Shown: positions 1-10,081, counted from the stretch's first letter. The stretch: 21,101 nt of DNA from Nautiliaceae bacterium (GCA_027038555.1 JALVVX010000025.1:91054-112154), one strand, 5' to 3'. Program-made: numbers and translations. The notes: generated from the letters alone by a model not told the origin.

Positions 1-1190
1 TCAAGATTTTCAACCGGCAAAAGAAGTTTGTCGTCATTTGCATACAAAATTTCGGCAAACTCTCCTGTTTTGCCAAGGACTTCCATTCTTTTTAGCCCGT
101 TGAATTTCCCTATACCATGAGCTTCATGAACAACAAAATCACCTTTTTTAAGCTCGTCCAATACCAAATCGCTTCTTTTTTTCTTTTCAAATTCAGGAGG
201 ATTTAGTGAAACAATGATTTTCTCAGGACATATGATATTTACCCTTGCATCGCTTTGAATCCATTTTGTAAGAGGCTTATTCAGTTTTACAAAATCATAA
301 ATATCCGCCTGTTTTAAAAACACTTCGTTTTTTGCCAAAACTTCAATGTTTTTGCCTTTATGAAGTTCTAAAAATTCTTTAATGTTATTTACTTTTAAGT
401 CTTTACATTTTTTAGCTTCCGGGATAATTTCGGCTTTAAAGATATAAGGATTTATCTCTTTGTGAAACTCTTTATACTCTTCAATCTCCTGAGTCATGTC
501 ATTTGTAAGGTAAAAATCTTTAATATAATCTCTTTCAAGATACCAAAACCCAAGCGAATAAAAATCTTTATAAAAAGTGGCATATTCACTGTTTCTTATT
601 TTTTCTTCAATTTTTTTGTATTCACTCTCATCCAAAGCGGCAATGGCGGGAATAATAATAAATTCATCAACCTCTTCAAGGCTTTTTTGATTTGTTTCAT
701 CAAATGTTCTTATACTCTCAACCTCAACGTCAAAAAGCGAAATTCTAAAAGGTTTTTCATAATTTATAGGCCAGATATCGATAATATCGCCCCTTAAACT
801 CATCTCACCTTTTTCGCTGACAATATCCACGTTTTCATATCCCCAGTAAAACAGCCTCTTTTTAAAACTTTCCAAATCAAGCTCATCACCGATAGATACT
901 TTAAAATCCTGATAATATCTTTTAACAGGAAGTTTTTTAAGAATTGTGGTATATGGAGATACAGAATAAACATTTTGTTTATAAAATTTATATAAAGCGT
1001 TATTTAGCTCAAATATTTCGTTTCTGAAACTTCTTAAATCATCGCCCAAAACTGCCCTGAAATCAGGAAATACCGATACTGGAATATTTAGATATTTATA
1101 AACTTCTTTTATTTCCAAAACATCTTTGTTTGAATCAGTTACAAGTGAAAATTTTTTATTTTGTAAAAATTCATATACCCTTGCCTGCAC
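1..1190 (-). CDS. mfd: Transcription-repair coupling factor Mfd, N-terminal ~396 codons (5' partial; the C-terminal helicase part lies beyond the left window edge). Absent from the supplied ORF track.
   Basis: Reverse-complement reading of 1-1190 is one open frame with no stop for ~396 codons. Translation near the window edge reads GDFVVHEAHGIGKFNGLKRMEVLGKTGEFAEILYANDDKLLLPVENL, matching the conserved Mfd segment (E. coli GDYVVHLEHGVGRY...YANDAKLYVPV). Start is most likely GTG at 1188-1190, overlapping the folC stop by 1 nt; an in-frame TAA lies 5 codons upstream. Confidence 0.85.
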   Translation of the reverse strand, partial: MQARVYEFLQNKKFSLVTDSNKDVLEIKEVYKYLNIPVSVFPDFRAVLGDDLRSFRNEIFELNNALYKFYKQNVYSVSPYTTILKKLPVKRYYQDFKVSIGDELDLESFKKRLFYWGYENVDIVSEKGEMSLRGDIIDIWPINYEKPFRISLFDVEVESIRTFDETNQKSLEEVDEFIIIPAIAALDESEYKKIEEKIRNSEYATFYKDFYSLGFWYLERDYIKDFYLTNDMTQEIEEYKEFHKEINPYIFKAEIIPEAKKCKDLKVNNIKEFLELHKGKNIEVLAKNEVFLKQADIYDFVKLNKPLTKWIQSDARVNIICPEKIIVSLNPPEFEKKKRSDLVLDELKKGDFVVHEAHGIGKFNGLKRMEVLGKTGEFAEILYANDDKLLLPVENL

Positions 1191-2335
1191 TAAAATCCTT
1201 TTTTATAATTTTTCAAAAACTCTTCAACCACGCTGAAACTTCCAAAAACAAGCATCGGCTTTTTAATTTCTTTAAACTCTTCAACCTCAATTCCCAATTC
1301 TTTTGCTACTTTTTTTATTTTTTCTTTATCTTCAATTCTCTCGTTTTTTACATCTATAAGATACAGTTTATTGATTTTCGGTTTTAAAATCTTTAAAATC
1401 TCTTTATAATCTTTATCTTTATATGTGTTATAAACCAAATTTACTTTATTTTCAAGCGAATTTGAAATCGCCCTTGCCGCCAAGGGGTTATGACCCACAT
1501 CAATCCACAAATCCTTTTCAATTTCTTCAAATCTTCCGGGAAGTCTTAAATCTTCAATATCTTTTATATCAAATTTAATTCCCTCTTTTTTCAAAAAACT
1601 CATAGCAAGTAAATAATTATCAAATAAAAACAAAGGAAATTTAAACTTTTCTTTTAGATAATTTATCTCATCAAAATCAAAAAAATCTTTATAATGATAA
1701 AAGATTTTCCCTGCATTTTCCATTTTCAGTTTTACATTTTCAATGTTGTGAATCTGTTTGCCGATAATTGCTTCTTTTTTGACACTTGCAAGTTTTGTAG
1801 AAGCAATTTCACTTATGCTGTTTCCTAAAAAATCCTGATGATCGTAATCTATTGTTGTAATAAGTGATATTTTTTTATCAAATACGTTTGTAGCATCAAA
1901 TTCCCCTCCAAGCCCGGCTTCCATTATTACAAAATCAAGCCCTTCAAAACTTAAAGCTGCTAAAAGAGTGGTATATTCAAAATAGCTAAGCTCATTTATG
2001 ATATTTTTAGGCAAAAGTTTTTGAAGTTTAAAATGGGCTTTGTCAAGTTCTTCATCGCTTATATTCTTACCGTTTATCCAAATCCTTTCATTAAATTTTA
2101 AAATATGAGGAGATGTATAATGACCTACGCTGTAACCTCTTTTTAAAAGGGTATGGGCTAAAAACCTACCCGTACTTCCTTTGCCGTTTGTGCCTACTAT
2201 ATGAACAATAGGAGGCATTTTAATATGACTTTTAATCATATTATATGTCTTTGGCATTCTTAAATAATCTATTTTTTTATAAAAAAGAGGCTTTGAATTT
2301 AAAAACTTATTTAATTCTCCACTCTCCATTCTCAA
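1190..2335 (-). CDS. folC: Folylpolyglutamate synthase / dihydrofolate synthase (Mur-ligase family)
   Basis: 381 aa. P-loop HIVGTNGKGST, Mur-ligase middle and C-terminal regions. The track start is TTG at 2333-2335, overlapping the GGDEF stop; an alternative ATG lies at 2327-2329. Stop TAG at 1190-1192 overlaps the mfd GTG. Confidence 0.85.
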   Translation of the reverse strand: MRMESGELNKFLNSKPLFYKKIDYLRMPKTYNMIKSHIKMPPIVHIVGTNGKGSTGRFLAHTLLKRGYSVGHYTSPHILKFNERIWINGKNISDEELDKAHFKLQKLLPKNIINELSYFEYTTLLAALSFEGLDFVIMEAGLGGEFDATNVFDKKISLITTIDYDHQDFLGNSISEIASTKLASVKKEAIIGKQIHNIENVKLKMENAGKIFYHYKDFFDFDEINYLKEKFKFPLFLFDNYLLAMSFLKKEGIKFDIKDIEDLRLPGRFEEIEKDLWIDVGHNPLAARAISNSLENKVNLVYNTYKDKDYKEILKILKPKINKLYLIDVKNERIEDKEKIKKVAKELGIEVEEFKEIKKPMLVFGSFSVVEEFLKNYKKGF

Positions 2336-3882
2336 TTCTCACTTTCACATTTATCATCTGCACAAACTCTGTTTCTTCCGTTTTTCTTAGCAAGATACAA
2401 TCTTTCATCCGCTTTTTTAATAAGTTCTTCGGATGAGTTTACTTCATCTCTGCTTGCAACACCTGCTGAGACCGTTACATTGATTCTTGTTTTTTTGTAC
2501 ATAAATTTGGTTTTTGAGATAATTTCTCTTAACTTTTCCGCAAATTTATAAGCCCCTTCTTTATCGGTATTAGGAAGAATTGCCACAAACTCTTCTCCTC
2601 CAAATCTTCCTATGGTATCCACATCCCTTGAATATCTTCTAAAAATAAGTCCAAGTGATTTTAGTATTACATCCCCCGCATCATGTCCGTATGTATCGTT
2701 AATATTTTTAAAATGGTCTATATCAAAAAATACGATGGAATAGTTTCTATCATAACGATTATATGCACTTTCTTGTTTTTTGAGCTCTTCTTGAATGGCT
2801 TTTTTATTTGCAATATTTGTCAAAAAGTCCGTTTTTACTTCTTTTGAGAGTTTTTTTACTTTTTTTTCCAAAGAGCGTATTTTAGCCTTTAATCTTTCAA
2901 TTTCCTCATCTTCTTTTTTCATTTCACACATAAAATCATCAATTTCCCTATCAAGGGATGTGGCAATCATAAGAAGTTTTTCTTTTATTGTTTCAAAATT
3001 TTCTTCGCCCTGACGCCAGTTTTGAAGCTCAATTTTTATATTTTTGATTTCTGTGGAAGAATCACCGCTTTTTTGTAAAATTTTAAGAATTTTAATTGAT
3101 AGTCTCTCTGCAATCTGATCCAAATCTCTCAATTTTTTTTGAAGTTCTTCTTTATCAAGTTTTATTCTTTTATTAGTTAAAAAAAACAAATCCTCAGCAA
3201 AAGCCTGAGTCAATATAATATTCGGGTCAGTTTTTAACTGCCTTTTTAAAAATGCAATTTCATCGGACATAAAAGGGGCATAGCTTGGGGTTAGCGTATA
3301 AATAATGGCATCTACAAGATGAGAAATGTCTACTTCATTATTTTCGAATTTTTCAATTAAAGCATCAATTACTTCTAATGCGTCATAAGAATTAATACCC
3401 GCTACCTGAGCACCTTTTTTGACAATCGAATCGTCAAACTCATCCAAAAAATCAATCCATTCACTTCTTAATTTTTCAAATTCCTCTTTTTGCATATAAG
3501 GCTTTAAAAAATCAAGATGTTTTATTGCAATTTTTTGAGATTTTACAATTGGCAGTACGGCAATTACATCAAGCGCTCGTTTAGTATATAAAAAAAGTTG
3601 ATTTAAATTCTCTTTTTCCTTATCTGCATTTTCACGGTTCAGATAATTAATAAGAAATACAATCAACTCATCAAGGTTTTTAATATTATAATTTTTTGCT
3701 ATTACCTGATATTTATTATCGAGTTTAGAGATATATTTTGTCACCTTATTGCAATCTTCAATTAAAACTCCTGCATTTTTTGCAATTTTGCAAAAAACCT
3801 CCTCATACTCTTTTGGAGTAAAAACATAGTTGTCTTTTTTAAAATGAAGCAGTGCTTTTTTTGCTATATCTTTTATTGTCAT
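2332..3882 (-). CDS. Diguanylate cyclase (GGDEF domain) with an uncharacterised ~340-aa alpha-helical/coiled-coil N-terminal region
   Basis: 516 aa. C-terminal GGDEF domain with active-site GGEEF (RFGGEEF), inhibitory I-site RxxD (RDVD five residues upstream), and the DxxD/FDIDHFK metal-binding region. No TM helix is visible. Coiled-coil stretch EIERLKAKIRSLEKKVKKLSKEVK. The start ATG shares its A with the upstream gene's stop (TAATG). Confidence 0.85.
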   Translation of the reverse strand: MTIKDIAKKALLHFKKDNYVFTPKEYEEVFCKIAKNAGVLIEDCNKVTKYISKLDNKYQVIAKNYNIKNLDELIVFLINYLNRENADKEKENLNQLFLYTKRALDVIAVLPIVKSQKIAIKHLDFLKPYMQKEEFEKLRSEWIDFLDEFDDSIVKKGAQVAGINSYDALEVIDALIEKFENNEVDISHLVDAIIYTLTPSYAPFMSDEIAFLKRQLKTDPNIILTQAFAEDLFFLTNKRIKLDKEELQKKLRDLDQIAERLSIKILKILQKSGDSSTEIKNIKIELQNWRQGEENFETIKEKLLMIATSLDREIDDFMCEMKKEDEEIERLKAKIRSLEKKVKKLSKEVKTDFLTNIANKKAIQEELKKQESAYNRYDRNYSIVFFDIDHFKNINDTYGHDAGDVILKSLGLIFRRYSRDVDTIGRFGGEEFVAILPNTDKEGAYKFAEKLREIISKTKFMYKKTRINVTVSAGVASRDEVNSSEELIKKADERLYLAKKNGRNRVCADDKCESEN

Positions 3883-4370
3883 TATGAAGCTCCGTCCTTT
3901 GCAATCATGGCAAAAAGTTTATTAAGCGCATTTATACTTGCGTTTTTATATGCATTCAGTTTTGCTTCGTCATTTAAGACACTTTGAGAGTGTACCCTAA
4001 AATCATATGTTCCAGATACTGTATATTTTTTATGTTTTGAATTTTTAACAATATCCACATTCAACACCACCTTACTTCTGTAAAGTACCGGATATCCGTT
4101 TTCATCATAATCAAGCACACTCAGGGTTGAAGAGCTCGGATTTATAATCATTATACTATCACAATTTTCATAACACACGTTTTTCCCAAGCAATGTATAA
4201 ACAGCATCATTTACCGCATCTTTTAAAAAAATGGTTTCTCTTGGATTTTTAATATCAAGTTTTACAACAGGCTTTATATTATTTCCAAGTATTTTCTCTT
4301 GATAAGTAACACTTGGCTTATATCCGCATGAAAGAAATAAAAAAGGAAGAAAAATAAAAAGTTTTTTCAA
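3882..4370 (-). CDS. Small outer-membrane lipoprotein, putatively LptE-like (LPS-assembly lipoprotein)
   Basis: 162 aa. Signal peptide with a relaxed lipobox (FLFLSC|GYK). Lies immediately downstream of leuS, the conserved leuS-lptE position in Proteobacteria. The function is inferred from position and size only. Confidence 0.55.
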   Translation of the reverse strand: MKKLFIFLPFLFLSCGYKPSVTYQEKILGNNIKPVVKLDIKNPRETIFLKDAVNDAVYTLLGKNVCYENCDSIMIINPSSSTLSVLDYDENGYPVLYRSKVVLNVDIVKNSKHKKYTVSGTYDFRVHSQSVLNDEAKLNAYKNASINALNKLFAMIAKDGAS

Positions 4371-4372
4371 AA

Positions 4373-6829
4373 CTATCCCTTAACGACTATGTTTACAATT
4401 CTTCCGGGAACGAAAATTTCTTTTATAATCTCTTTACCTTCTATATATTTTGAAACTGCCTCTTTTGCTTTTTCCAAAACTTCTTCTTTATTTGCATCCG
4501 CACTTATGCTAATTTCCGCTCTTTTTTTACCATTTACACTTACCGGATAATTTATTTCATCTTTTTTAAGTGCATTTTCATCTACTTTTATGTCATTAAA
4601 ATTATTTAGATTAAAATATTCTTCACTTATTTCGCTTGCAATATGAGGAATAATAGGTTCAAGCACATTCATAAGTATCCAGTATCCCTCAGTATAAACA
4701 TCTTCATTATTTATTTTATTAAGTGCGTTAAACGCTTCCATCGCACTTGCAATTAATGTATTAAAAGCAAATGTTTTTTCATAAGTTTCTTTACTTCTTT
4801 TTAGCGTTTCATAAACTTTTCTTCTTGCTTCTTTTTCCTCTTTGCTTAATTTTGAAGTATCTATTTGAGGTATAGTGTCTGTTTTTTTACATTTAGCGGC
4901 ATTAGTATAAATTCTGTTTAAAAATCTGTATGCCCCTTCAACTCCGCTGTCACTCCATTCAAGTTCCTGTTCAGGAGGAGCGGCAAAAAGTATAAAAAGT
5001 CTTGCCGTATCTGCTCCGTATTTAGCGACTATTTCATCCGGATCAACCACGTTTCCTTTGGATTTACTCATTTTTGAACCGTCTTTTAGAACCATTCCCT
5101 GCGTTAAAAGTCTTGCAAAAGGTTCATCTACACTTGCGTATCCAAGATCTCTTAATGCTTTTGTAAAAAATCTTGCATATAAAAGATGTAAAATAGCATG
5201 CTCGATTCCGCCAATGTATTGGTCTACCGGCATCCAGTATTTTTCATCTTCAGCTCTAAATGGAACATCAGGGTATTTATGAAAATCCGTTACATATCTA
5301 AACTGATACCAGCTACTCTCAACAAACGTATCCATTGTATCTGTTTCACGAACGGCATCTGCTCCACATTTAGGACATTTCGTATATTTCCATGTCGGAT
5401 GAGATTCAAGCGGATTTCCGCTACCTGTTATTTCCACATCATCAGGAAGGGTTACTGGTAAATTTTCTATTTTTTCAGGAACAATACCGCATTTAGGACA
5501 TTTTACAAAAGGAAGCGGCGCACCCCAGTATCTTTGGCGACTTATCCCCCAGTCTCTAAGGCGGTAATTAATCTCTTTTTTTCCTCTTTTCATTTCTTCA
5601 AATTTTTTAATAATAGCTTCTTTTGCCTCTGTATTTTTCATACCAGTGAATTCACCCGAATTAATTAAAATTCCATCTCCCGTATAAGCCTGAGACTTAT
5701 CAATTTCTCCGTTTTGGGGTTTAATAACCCATTTGATAGGAAGATTATATTTTTTTGCAAATTCAAAATCCCTCTCATCATGAGCAGGCACTGCCATTAC
5801 AGCCCCGCTTCCATATTCCACGAGCACGAAATTAGCAAGCCATACAGGAATTTTTTCGCCTGTCAAAGGATGAATTACATCAATTCCTAAATATACTCCC
5901 TCTTTTTCCATCGCCTGTCTGTCTTTTGGAAGGATTGAGCGGATATGTCTTACTTTTTTCTCAGTCTCTTCATCTAAAAGTCTGTTTTCAAGCATAAAAT
6001 CAACTATCGGATGTTCAGGTGCAAGAGCTGAATATGTAACTCCATAAATCGTATCCGGTCTTGTAGTAAAAACTTCATATCCGTCAAATCTGTTTTTAAG
6101 CAATTCTTTGCTTTCATCGCTTAAATCAAATTTAAATTTAAGACCTACGGATTTGCCAATCCAGTTTTTCTGCATGGTAAGGACTCTCTCAGGCCATCCG
6201 TCTTTTATTTTTTCCATATCATTTAGAAGCTCTTCAGCATATTTTGTAATTTTTATATACCATCCGGGTAGCTCTTTTATCTCTATTTCATTATCACATC
6301 TCCAACAACACCCATCAATTACCTGCTCGTTTGCTAAAACCGTATGACAAGTCTCACACCAGTTGACTTTTTGAGTACGTCTTTCAAGCAGAGCGTTTTC
6401 ATACATTTTGATAATAAATTCCTGCTCCCATCTCGTATATTCAGGGTCGCTTGTTGCAAATTCCCTTGTTTTAGAAAAAGAAAGACCAAGTCTTTTAAGC
6501 TCTTTTCTCATATAATCTATATTTTCATATGTCCATTTTTTAGGATGAACCCCGTGTTTGATTGCCGCATTTTCAGCAGGCATTCCAAAACTATCCCATC
6601 CTATTGGATGTAAAACATTAAAACCTTTTTTTCTGTAATATCTGGCTAATGCATCGCCAATTGTATAGTTTCTTACATGTCCCATATGGATTCTTCCGCT
6701 TGGGTATGGAAACATTGAAAGGATATATTTTTTTGGAAGGTTTTTATCTTCGCTCGGCTCAAAAGCATCTGTTTTATCCCAGTGCTCCTGCCATTTTATT
6801 TCAACTTTTTGAGGATTATATTCTCTCAT
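4373..6829 (-). CDS. leuS: Leucine--tRNA ligase
   Basis: 818 aa. Class I aaRS HMGH motif ([15 protein letters not shown]), KMSKS motif (SKMSKSKGN), CP1 editing domain, zinc-binding C residues (CPKCG). Full length. Confidence 0.97.
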   Translation of the reverse strand: MREYNPQKVEIKWQEHWDKTDAFEPSEDKNLPKKYILSMFPYPSGRIHMGHVRNYTIGDALARYYRKKGFNVLHPIGWDSFGMPAENAAIKHGVHPKKWTYENIDYMRKELKRLGLSFSKTREFATSDPEYTRWEQEFIIKMYENALLERRTQKVNWCETCHTVLANEQVIDGCCWRCDNEIEIKELPGWYIKITKYAEELLNDMEKIKDGWPERVLTMQKNWIGKSVGLKFKFDLSDESKELLKNRFDGYEVFTTRPDTIYGVTYSALAPEHPIVDFMLENRLLDEETEKKVRHIRSILPKDRQAMEKEGVYLGIDVIHPLTGEKIPVWLANFVLVEYGSGAVMAVPAHDERDFEFAKKYNLPIKWVIKPQNGEIDKSQAYTGDGILINSGEFTGMKNTEAKEAIIKKFEEMKRGKKEINYRLRDWGISRQRYWGAPLPFVKCPKCGIVPEKIENLPVTLPDDVEITGSGNPLESHPTWKYTKCPKCGADAVRETDTMDTFVESSWYQFRYVTDFHKYPDVPFRAEDEKYWMPVDQYIGGIEHAILHLLYARFFTKALRDLGYASVDEPFARLLTQGMVLKDGSKMSKSKGNVVDPDEIVAKYGADTARLFILFAAPPEQELEWSDSGVEGAYRFLNRIYTNAAKCKKTDTIPQIDTSKLSKEEKEARRKVYETLKRSKETYEKTFAFNTLIASAMEAFNALNKINNEDVYTEGYWILMNVLEPIIPHIASEISEEYFNLNNFNDIKVDENALKKDEINYPVSVNGKKRAEISISADANKEEVLEKAKEAVSKYIEGKEIIKEIFVPGRIVNIVVKG

Positions 6830-6838
6830 TTTCTCCCT

Positions 6839-7180
6839 TTACCAATTAACATCTTTTGACTTTGCAATTTCTATAAAACTCAAAATAATTGTTACAATAT
6901 TTGCTATTAAAGCCCCTATACTCATAGCAATAGCAGCCTGAGTATCATGTTTGATGACTTCGTAAATAAAAGCGGGGATTAAATGCAAATCCGCAACTAA
7001 ACTTGCTGCAAAAAGCTCTGCCGCAACTATATTTCTTACACCTATTTTTAAAAATGTGGAAATAAGATTAAGACTTACCGCAATAAAAAGTGCAACTTCA
7101 TTATGGTCATAAAGATATCCTGCAACAGAAGTTAAACTCATTAATTGAAAAAAGACATAGACTACTTTTCCCCAATCCAT
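6839..7180 (-). CDS. Small integral membrane protein, function unknown (3-4 predicted TM helices)
   Basis: 113 aa, hydrophobic. RBS AAGGA precedes the ATG at 7180. Sits between secF and leuS with a 9-nt gap to leuS. I recall a small hypothetical membrane protein at the equivalent position in Helicobacter genomes, but cannot verify that. Confidence 0.6.
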   Translation of the reverse strand: MDWGKVVYVFFQLMSLTSVAGYLYDHNEVALFIAVSLNLISTFLKIGVRNIVAAELFAASLVADLHLIPAFIYEVIKHDTQAAIAMSIGALIANIVTIILSFIEIAKSKDVNW

Positions 7181-7203
7181 AACAATCCTTTATCTTAAAA
7201 ATT

Positions 7204-7248
7204 AAAAGTGTAAAATGTAAAGTTTTTCATTTTTAATTTTACACTTTT
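7204..7248 (-). terminator. Putative intrinsic terminator/attenuator downstream of secF (13-bp AT-rich stem, ~19-nt loop, followed on the minus strand by AAUUUUUAAG)
   Basis: 7204-7216 AAAAGTGTAAAAT is the perfect reverse complement of 7236-7248 ATTTTACACTTTT. The T-run lies on the minus (transcribed) side only. The stem has only 2 GC pairs, so it is probably weak or partial. Confidence 0.4.
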
Positions 7249-7256
7249 CACTTCTT

Positions 7257-8228
7257 CTATACAACTCCCCCCTGATACATCTCACGCATTTTCTCTTTTT
7301 CTTTTCTTCTTTTTTCTTTTTCAAGAAGTTTTTTTCTATAATCGTCTATGTCAAATCCAAGCCAGATTAAAAGAGGAGATGCAATAAAAATAGACGAATA
7401 TGTACCCACAATAATACCAACAAGCAGAGTAAAACTAAACGGTCTTATAATTTCTCCTCCAAATAAAAAGAGTGTAAGTACAACAAAAAATGTTGTTAAG
7501 GAAGTCAAAACGGTTCTGCTAAGCGTCTTAGAAACCGCATCATTAATAAGAAGTGCCAAATCTCTTATTTTTGATTTTATTATCTGCTCTCTGATTCTGT
7601 CAAACACAACAATTGTATCATTAAGTGAATACCCCATAAGTGTTAATATAGCCGCAAGAACATCAAGATTTACTTCTACATGGAAAAAACTAACCGCTCC
7701 AAGAGCAATAGTGGTATCATGAAAAAGCGCCAAAACACTTGCTACTGCAAATCTCCACTCAAACCTTACAGCTACATATATTAAAATACCGATAATTGCG
7801 AAAATCAGAGCTTTAATTCCCTTATCTCTAAGTTCGTTTCCAACTTTTGCACCAACTATGTCAACTCTTCTTATTTCCACATTTCCCAAAGGTTTTAATA
7901 ATTTTTTGATTTCTACTCCGATATCTTTTTGAACGTCAGGTGATACTTTATCAACACTCATTCTTATAAGAATCTCTTTTGGAGAACCAAATGTAGTAAT
8001 ACTCGCTTCTTTAAACTCTTTTGAAATATATTTTCTAACTTCACTGATTTTTACGGGCTTATCAAATCTTACTTCAACTTCAATACCGCCTTTAAAATCG
8101 ATACCCCAGTTAAAACCTTTTGTAAATATTGAAAAAAGGCTAAGCACTATAAGGATAATTGAAATTGAAATAAATATTTTTCTTTTACCCATAAAATCAT
8201 ATATTTTATTTTGACTAAAAAGTTCCAT
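7257..8228 (-). CDS. secF: Protein translocase subunit SecF
   Basis: 323 aa; typical SecF membrane domain (six TM helices). The protein start codon sits 1 nt downstream of the secD stop. Confidence 0.93.
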   Translation of the reverse strand: MELFSQNKIYDFMGKRKIFISISIILIVLSLFSIFTKGFNWGIDFKGGIEVEVRFDKPVKISEVRKYISKEFKEASITTFGSPKEILIRMSVDKVSPDVQKDIGVEIKKLLKPLGNVEIRRVDIVGAKVGNELRDKGIKALIFAIIGILIYVAVRFEWRFAVASVLALFHDTTIALGAVSFFHVEVNLDVLAAILTLMGYSLNDTIVVFDRIREQIIKSKIRDLALLINDAVSKTLSRTVLTSLTTFFVVLTLFLFGGEIIRPFSFTLLVGIIVGTYSSIFIASPLLIWLGFDIDDYRKKLLEKEKRRKEKEKMREMYQGGVV

Positions 8229-8229
8229 T

Positions 8230-9789
8230 TTAAACCTTCATTCCGAAATGTTTAGGAGTGATTTTTTTACCGCTGTCAATCAGATACTGCCAAATTCCAT
8301 GCGTTCCAAGAATCGCTGTTAACATACTGGCCAAAATACCAATAGCCATAGTTACTGCAAAACCTTTAATGGTACCTGTTCCATATGCAAAAAGTGCGAT
8401 TGCTGCAATTAATGTAGTAATATTTGCATCAAGAATTGCACTCATTGCATTTTGATATCCGCCTTCAATCGCCTGTTTTATAGGTTTACCCTCACGTATA
8501 AGCTCTCTTATTCTTTCATTAATAATAACATTCGCATCAACAGCCATACCAACTGTCAAAACTATACCGGCCATTCCAGGCAAAGTAAGAGTCGCTCCAA
8601 AAAGCGCCATTATGGCAATAATTAAAAATAGGTTCGTAACAAGTGCAATATCAGCAATAATACCTGAGAGATTATAATACCACGCCATAAAAATTACAAC
8701 TATTACAAATCCACTTATTAATGCTATCATTGATTTTCTAATACTATCAGCCCCAAGACTTGCACCTACACTTCTTTGTTCTAAAAGCACTACCGGTGCG
8801 GGGAGTGAACCGCTTCTTAGGGCAATTGCAAGAATATGAGCTTCATCTGTACTTCCTACTGTAATCTGACCGCTTCCCCCACCTATTCTTTCTTGAATGG
8901 TTGGAGCCGAATAAACTCTGTTATCCACTACAATTGCAAGTCTTTTACCTACATTTTTGCCTGTTACATCTCCGAATATTGCAGCACCCTGAGAGTTAAG
9001 GGTAAAAAATATCGCCGGTTGATTTGTTTTTTGTGTAAATCCGACTGTTGCATCCGTTATCATACTTCCATCAAGTACCGGAGGAGTTTTAAGTAGCCAC
9101 ATTCTTTTTGGATTGTCTTTATCAGGAAGCATAATATCGCCGTATTTTGCCGCTTCTTTTGGATTTGTAACTCTATGCTCTTCATCTACAAGATAAAGCT
9201 CAAGATGAGCTGCCGATGAAATAAGTTTTTTGATATTTCTTTTTTCTTTTTCAGTCTTAATACCAGGAAGTTCGACAACAATTTTGTCTTTACCCTGCTG
9301 AGTTACGCTCGGTTCAGCCAGACCAAAAGCATCAAGTCTGCTTCTAATTGTCTGAATAGCCTGTTTAAGTGCATCTTCTTTGGTCTGCTGGATAGCTTTT
9401 GGTGTTAGAGATATTTCATAAATCACACTTCCGTTTTGGGGTTTTTTTGTAATTTTTACACCTTTAAACTGTTTAAGCTCTTTATCCATTTTAGGAGCGT
9501 CGTCTTTATCAATTAACTCAAACGAAAGTTTGTCAGCTTGAATTTTTAATTTATCGATAAAAAGTTCTTTTTTTTGAGAAATATATTTAATTGTAGAAGC
9601 CATGGTTTTAATTTTATTTTTTACCGCTTCTTCACCCTTAACACCTAAAACTAAATACATCCCTCCTTGAAGGTCAAGTCCTAAATTTACTTTCGGGTTT
9701 TTACCAAGAAAAGAAGGAATAGTAAAAGCTATTCCGAAAATTGTAGCAAGTATAAAAATTACAAGTCTGTAATTAAGCTTTTTCATCAT
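8230..9789 (-). CDS. secD: Protein translocase subunit SecD
   Basis: 519 aa. N-terminal TM helix, large periplasmic domain, C-terminal six-TM domain. Its start overlaps the 3' end of yajC. Confidence 0.93.
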   Translation of the reverse strand: MMKKLNYRLVIFILATIFGIAFTIPSFLGKNPKVNLGLDLQGGMYLVLGVKGEEAVKNKIKTMASTIKYISQKKELFIDKLKIQADKLSFELIDKDDAPKMDKELKQFKGVKITKKPQNGSVIYEISLTPKAIQQTKEDALKQAIQTIRSRLDAFGLAEPSVTQQGKDKIVVELPGIKTEKEKRNIKKLISSAAHLELYLVDEEHRVTNPKEAAKYGDIMLPDKDNPKRMWLLKTPPVLDGSMITDATVGFTQKTNQPAIFFTLNSQGAAIFGDVTGKNVGKRLAIVVDNRVYSAPTIQERIGGGSGQITVGSTDEAHILAIALRSGSLPAPVVLLEQRSVGASLGADSIRKSMIALISGFVIVVIFMAWYYNLSGIIADIALVTNLFLIIAIMALFGATLTLPGMAGIVLTVGMAVDANVIINERIRELIREGKPIKQAIEGGYQNAMSAILDANITTLIAAIALFAYGTGTIKGFAVTMAIGILASMLTAILGTHGIWQYLIDSGKKITPKHFGMKV

Positions 9790-10081
9790 TTAGCTTTCTT
9801 GCTACGGCAGATTTATCAATTCTCACTTCCACATCTTTTGAGATTCTAACAACTAAATTATCAGGTTCGTTTCTAACAACTTCGCCTATAATTCCGCCGG
9901 TTGTAACGATTTTATCACCTTTTTTTAAATTTTCAACCATTTCTCTATGTTTTTTTGCCTGTTTTTGTTGTGGTAAAATTACAAGCAGATAAAAAATTAC
10001 AAATAAAATAATAAGAGGTAATAATGACGCAAGAACACTTGGTTGTCCCTGAGCACTCTCAGCAGCATATAAAAAATTCAT
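9773..10081 (-). CDS. yajC: Preprotein translocase subunit YajC
   Basis: 102 aa. The N-terminus MNFLYAAESAQGQP..LPLIILFVIFYLLVILPQQK aligns with E. coli YajC (PQQKR motif). RBS AAGGA lies 7 nt upstream. Confidence 0.85.
   Translation of the reverse strand: MNFLYAAESAQGQPSVLASLLPLIILFVIFYLLVILPQQKQAKKHREMVENLKKGDKIVTTGGIIGEVVRNEPDNLVVRISKDVEVRIDKSAVARKLNDEKA

Noticed and set aside
462-1387. Track ORFs 462..797 (+) and 1130..1387 (+)
   Set aside because: They lie antisense within an uninterrupted ~396-codon minus-strand frame with clear Mfd homology. Their translations are low-complexity F/I/K-rich strings typical of AT-rich antisense frames.
5058-6849. Plus-strand ORFs of 66-89 aa inside leuS (5058..5282, 5198..5461, 6108..6347, 6344..6613, 6649..6849)
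   Set aside because: They are antisense to a highly conserved full-length leuS. They are compositionally biased, with no RBS and no recognisable domains.
7348-7722. 124-aa plus-strand ORF antisense to secF
   Set aside because: It is less low-complexity than the other antisense ORFs, but it lies entirely inside conserved secF. It has no start context or domain. Most likely a chance open frame.
10024-10081. The N-terminal extension MTQEHLVVPEHSQQHIKNSF of the lnt ORF as a genuine part of the protein
   Set aside because: It is hydrophilic and antisense to the yajC N-terminus. It would also place the lnt start inside the neighbouring gene and its promoter. It is more parsimonious as a track artefact from choosing the longest ORF.
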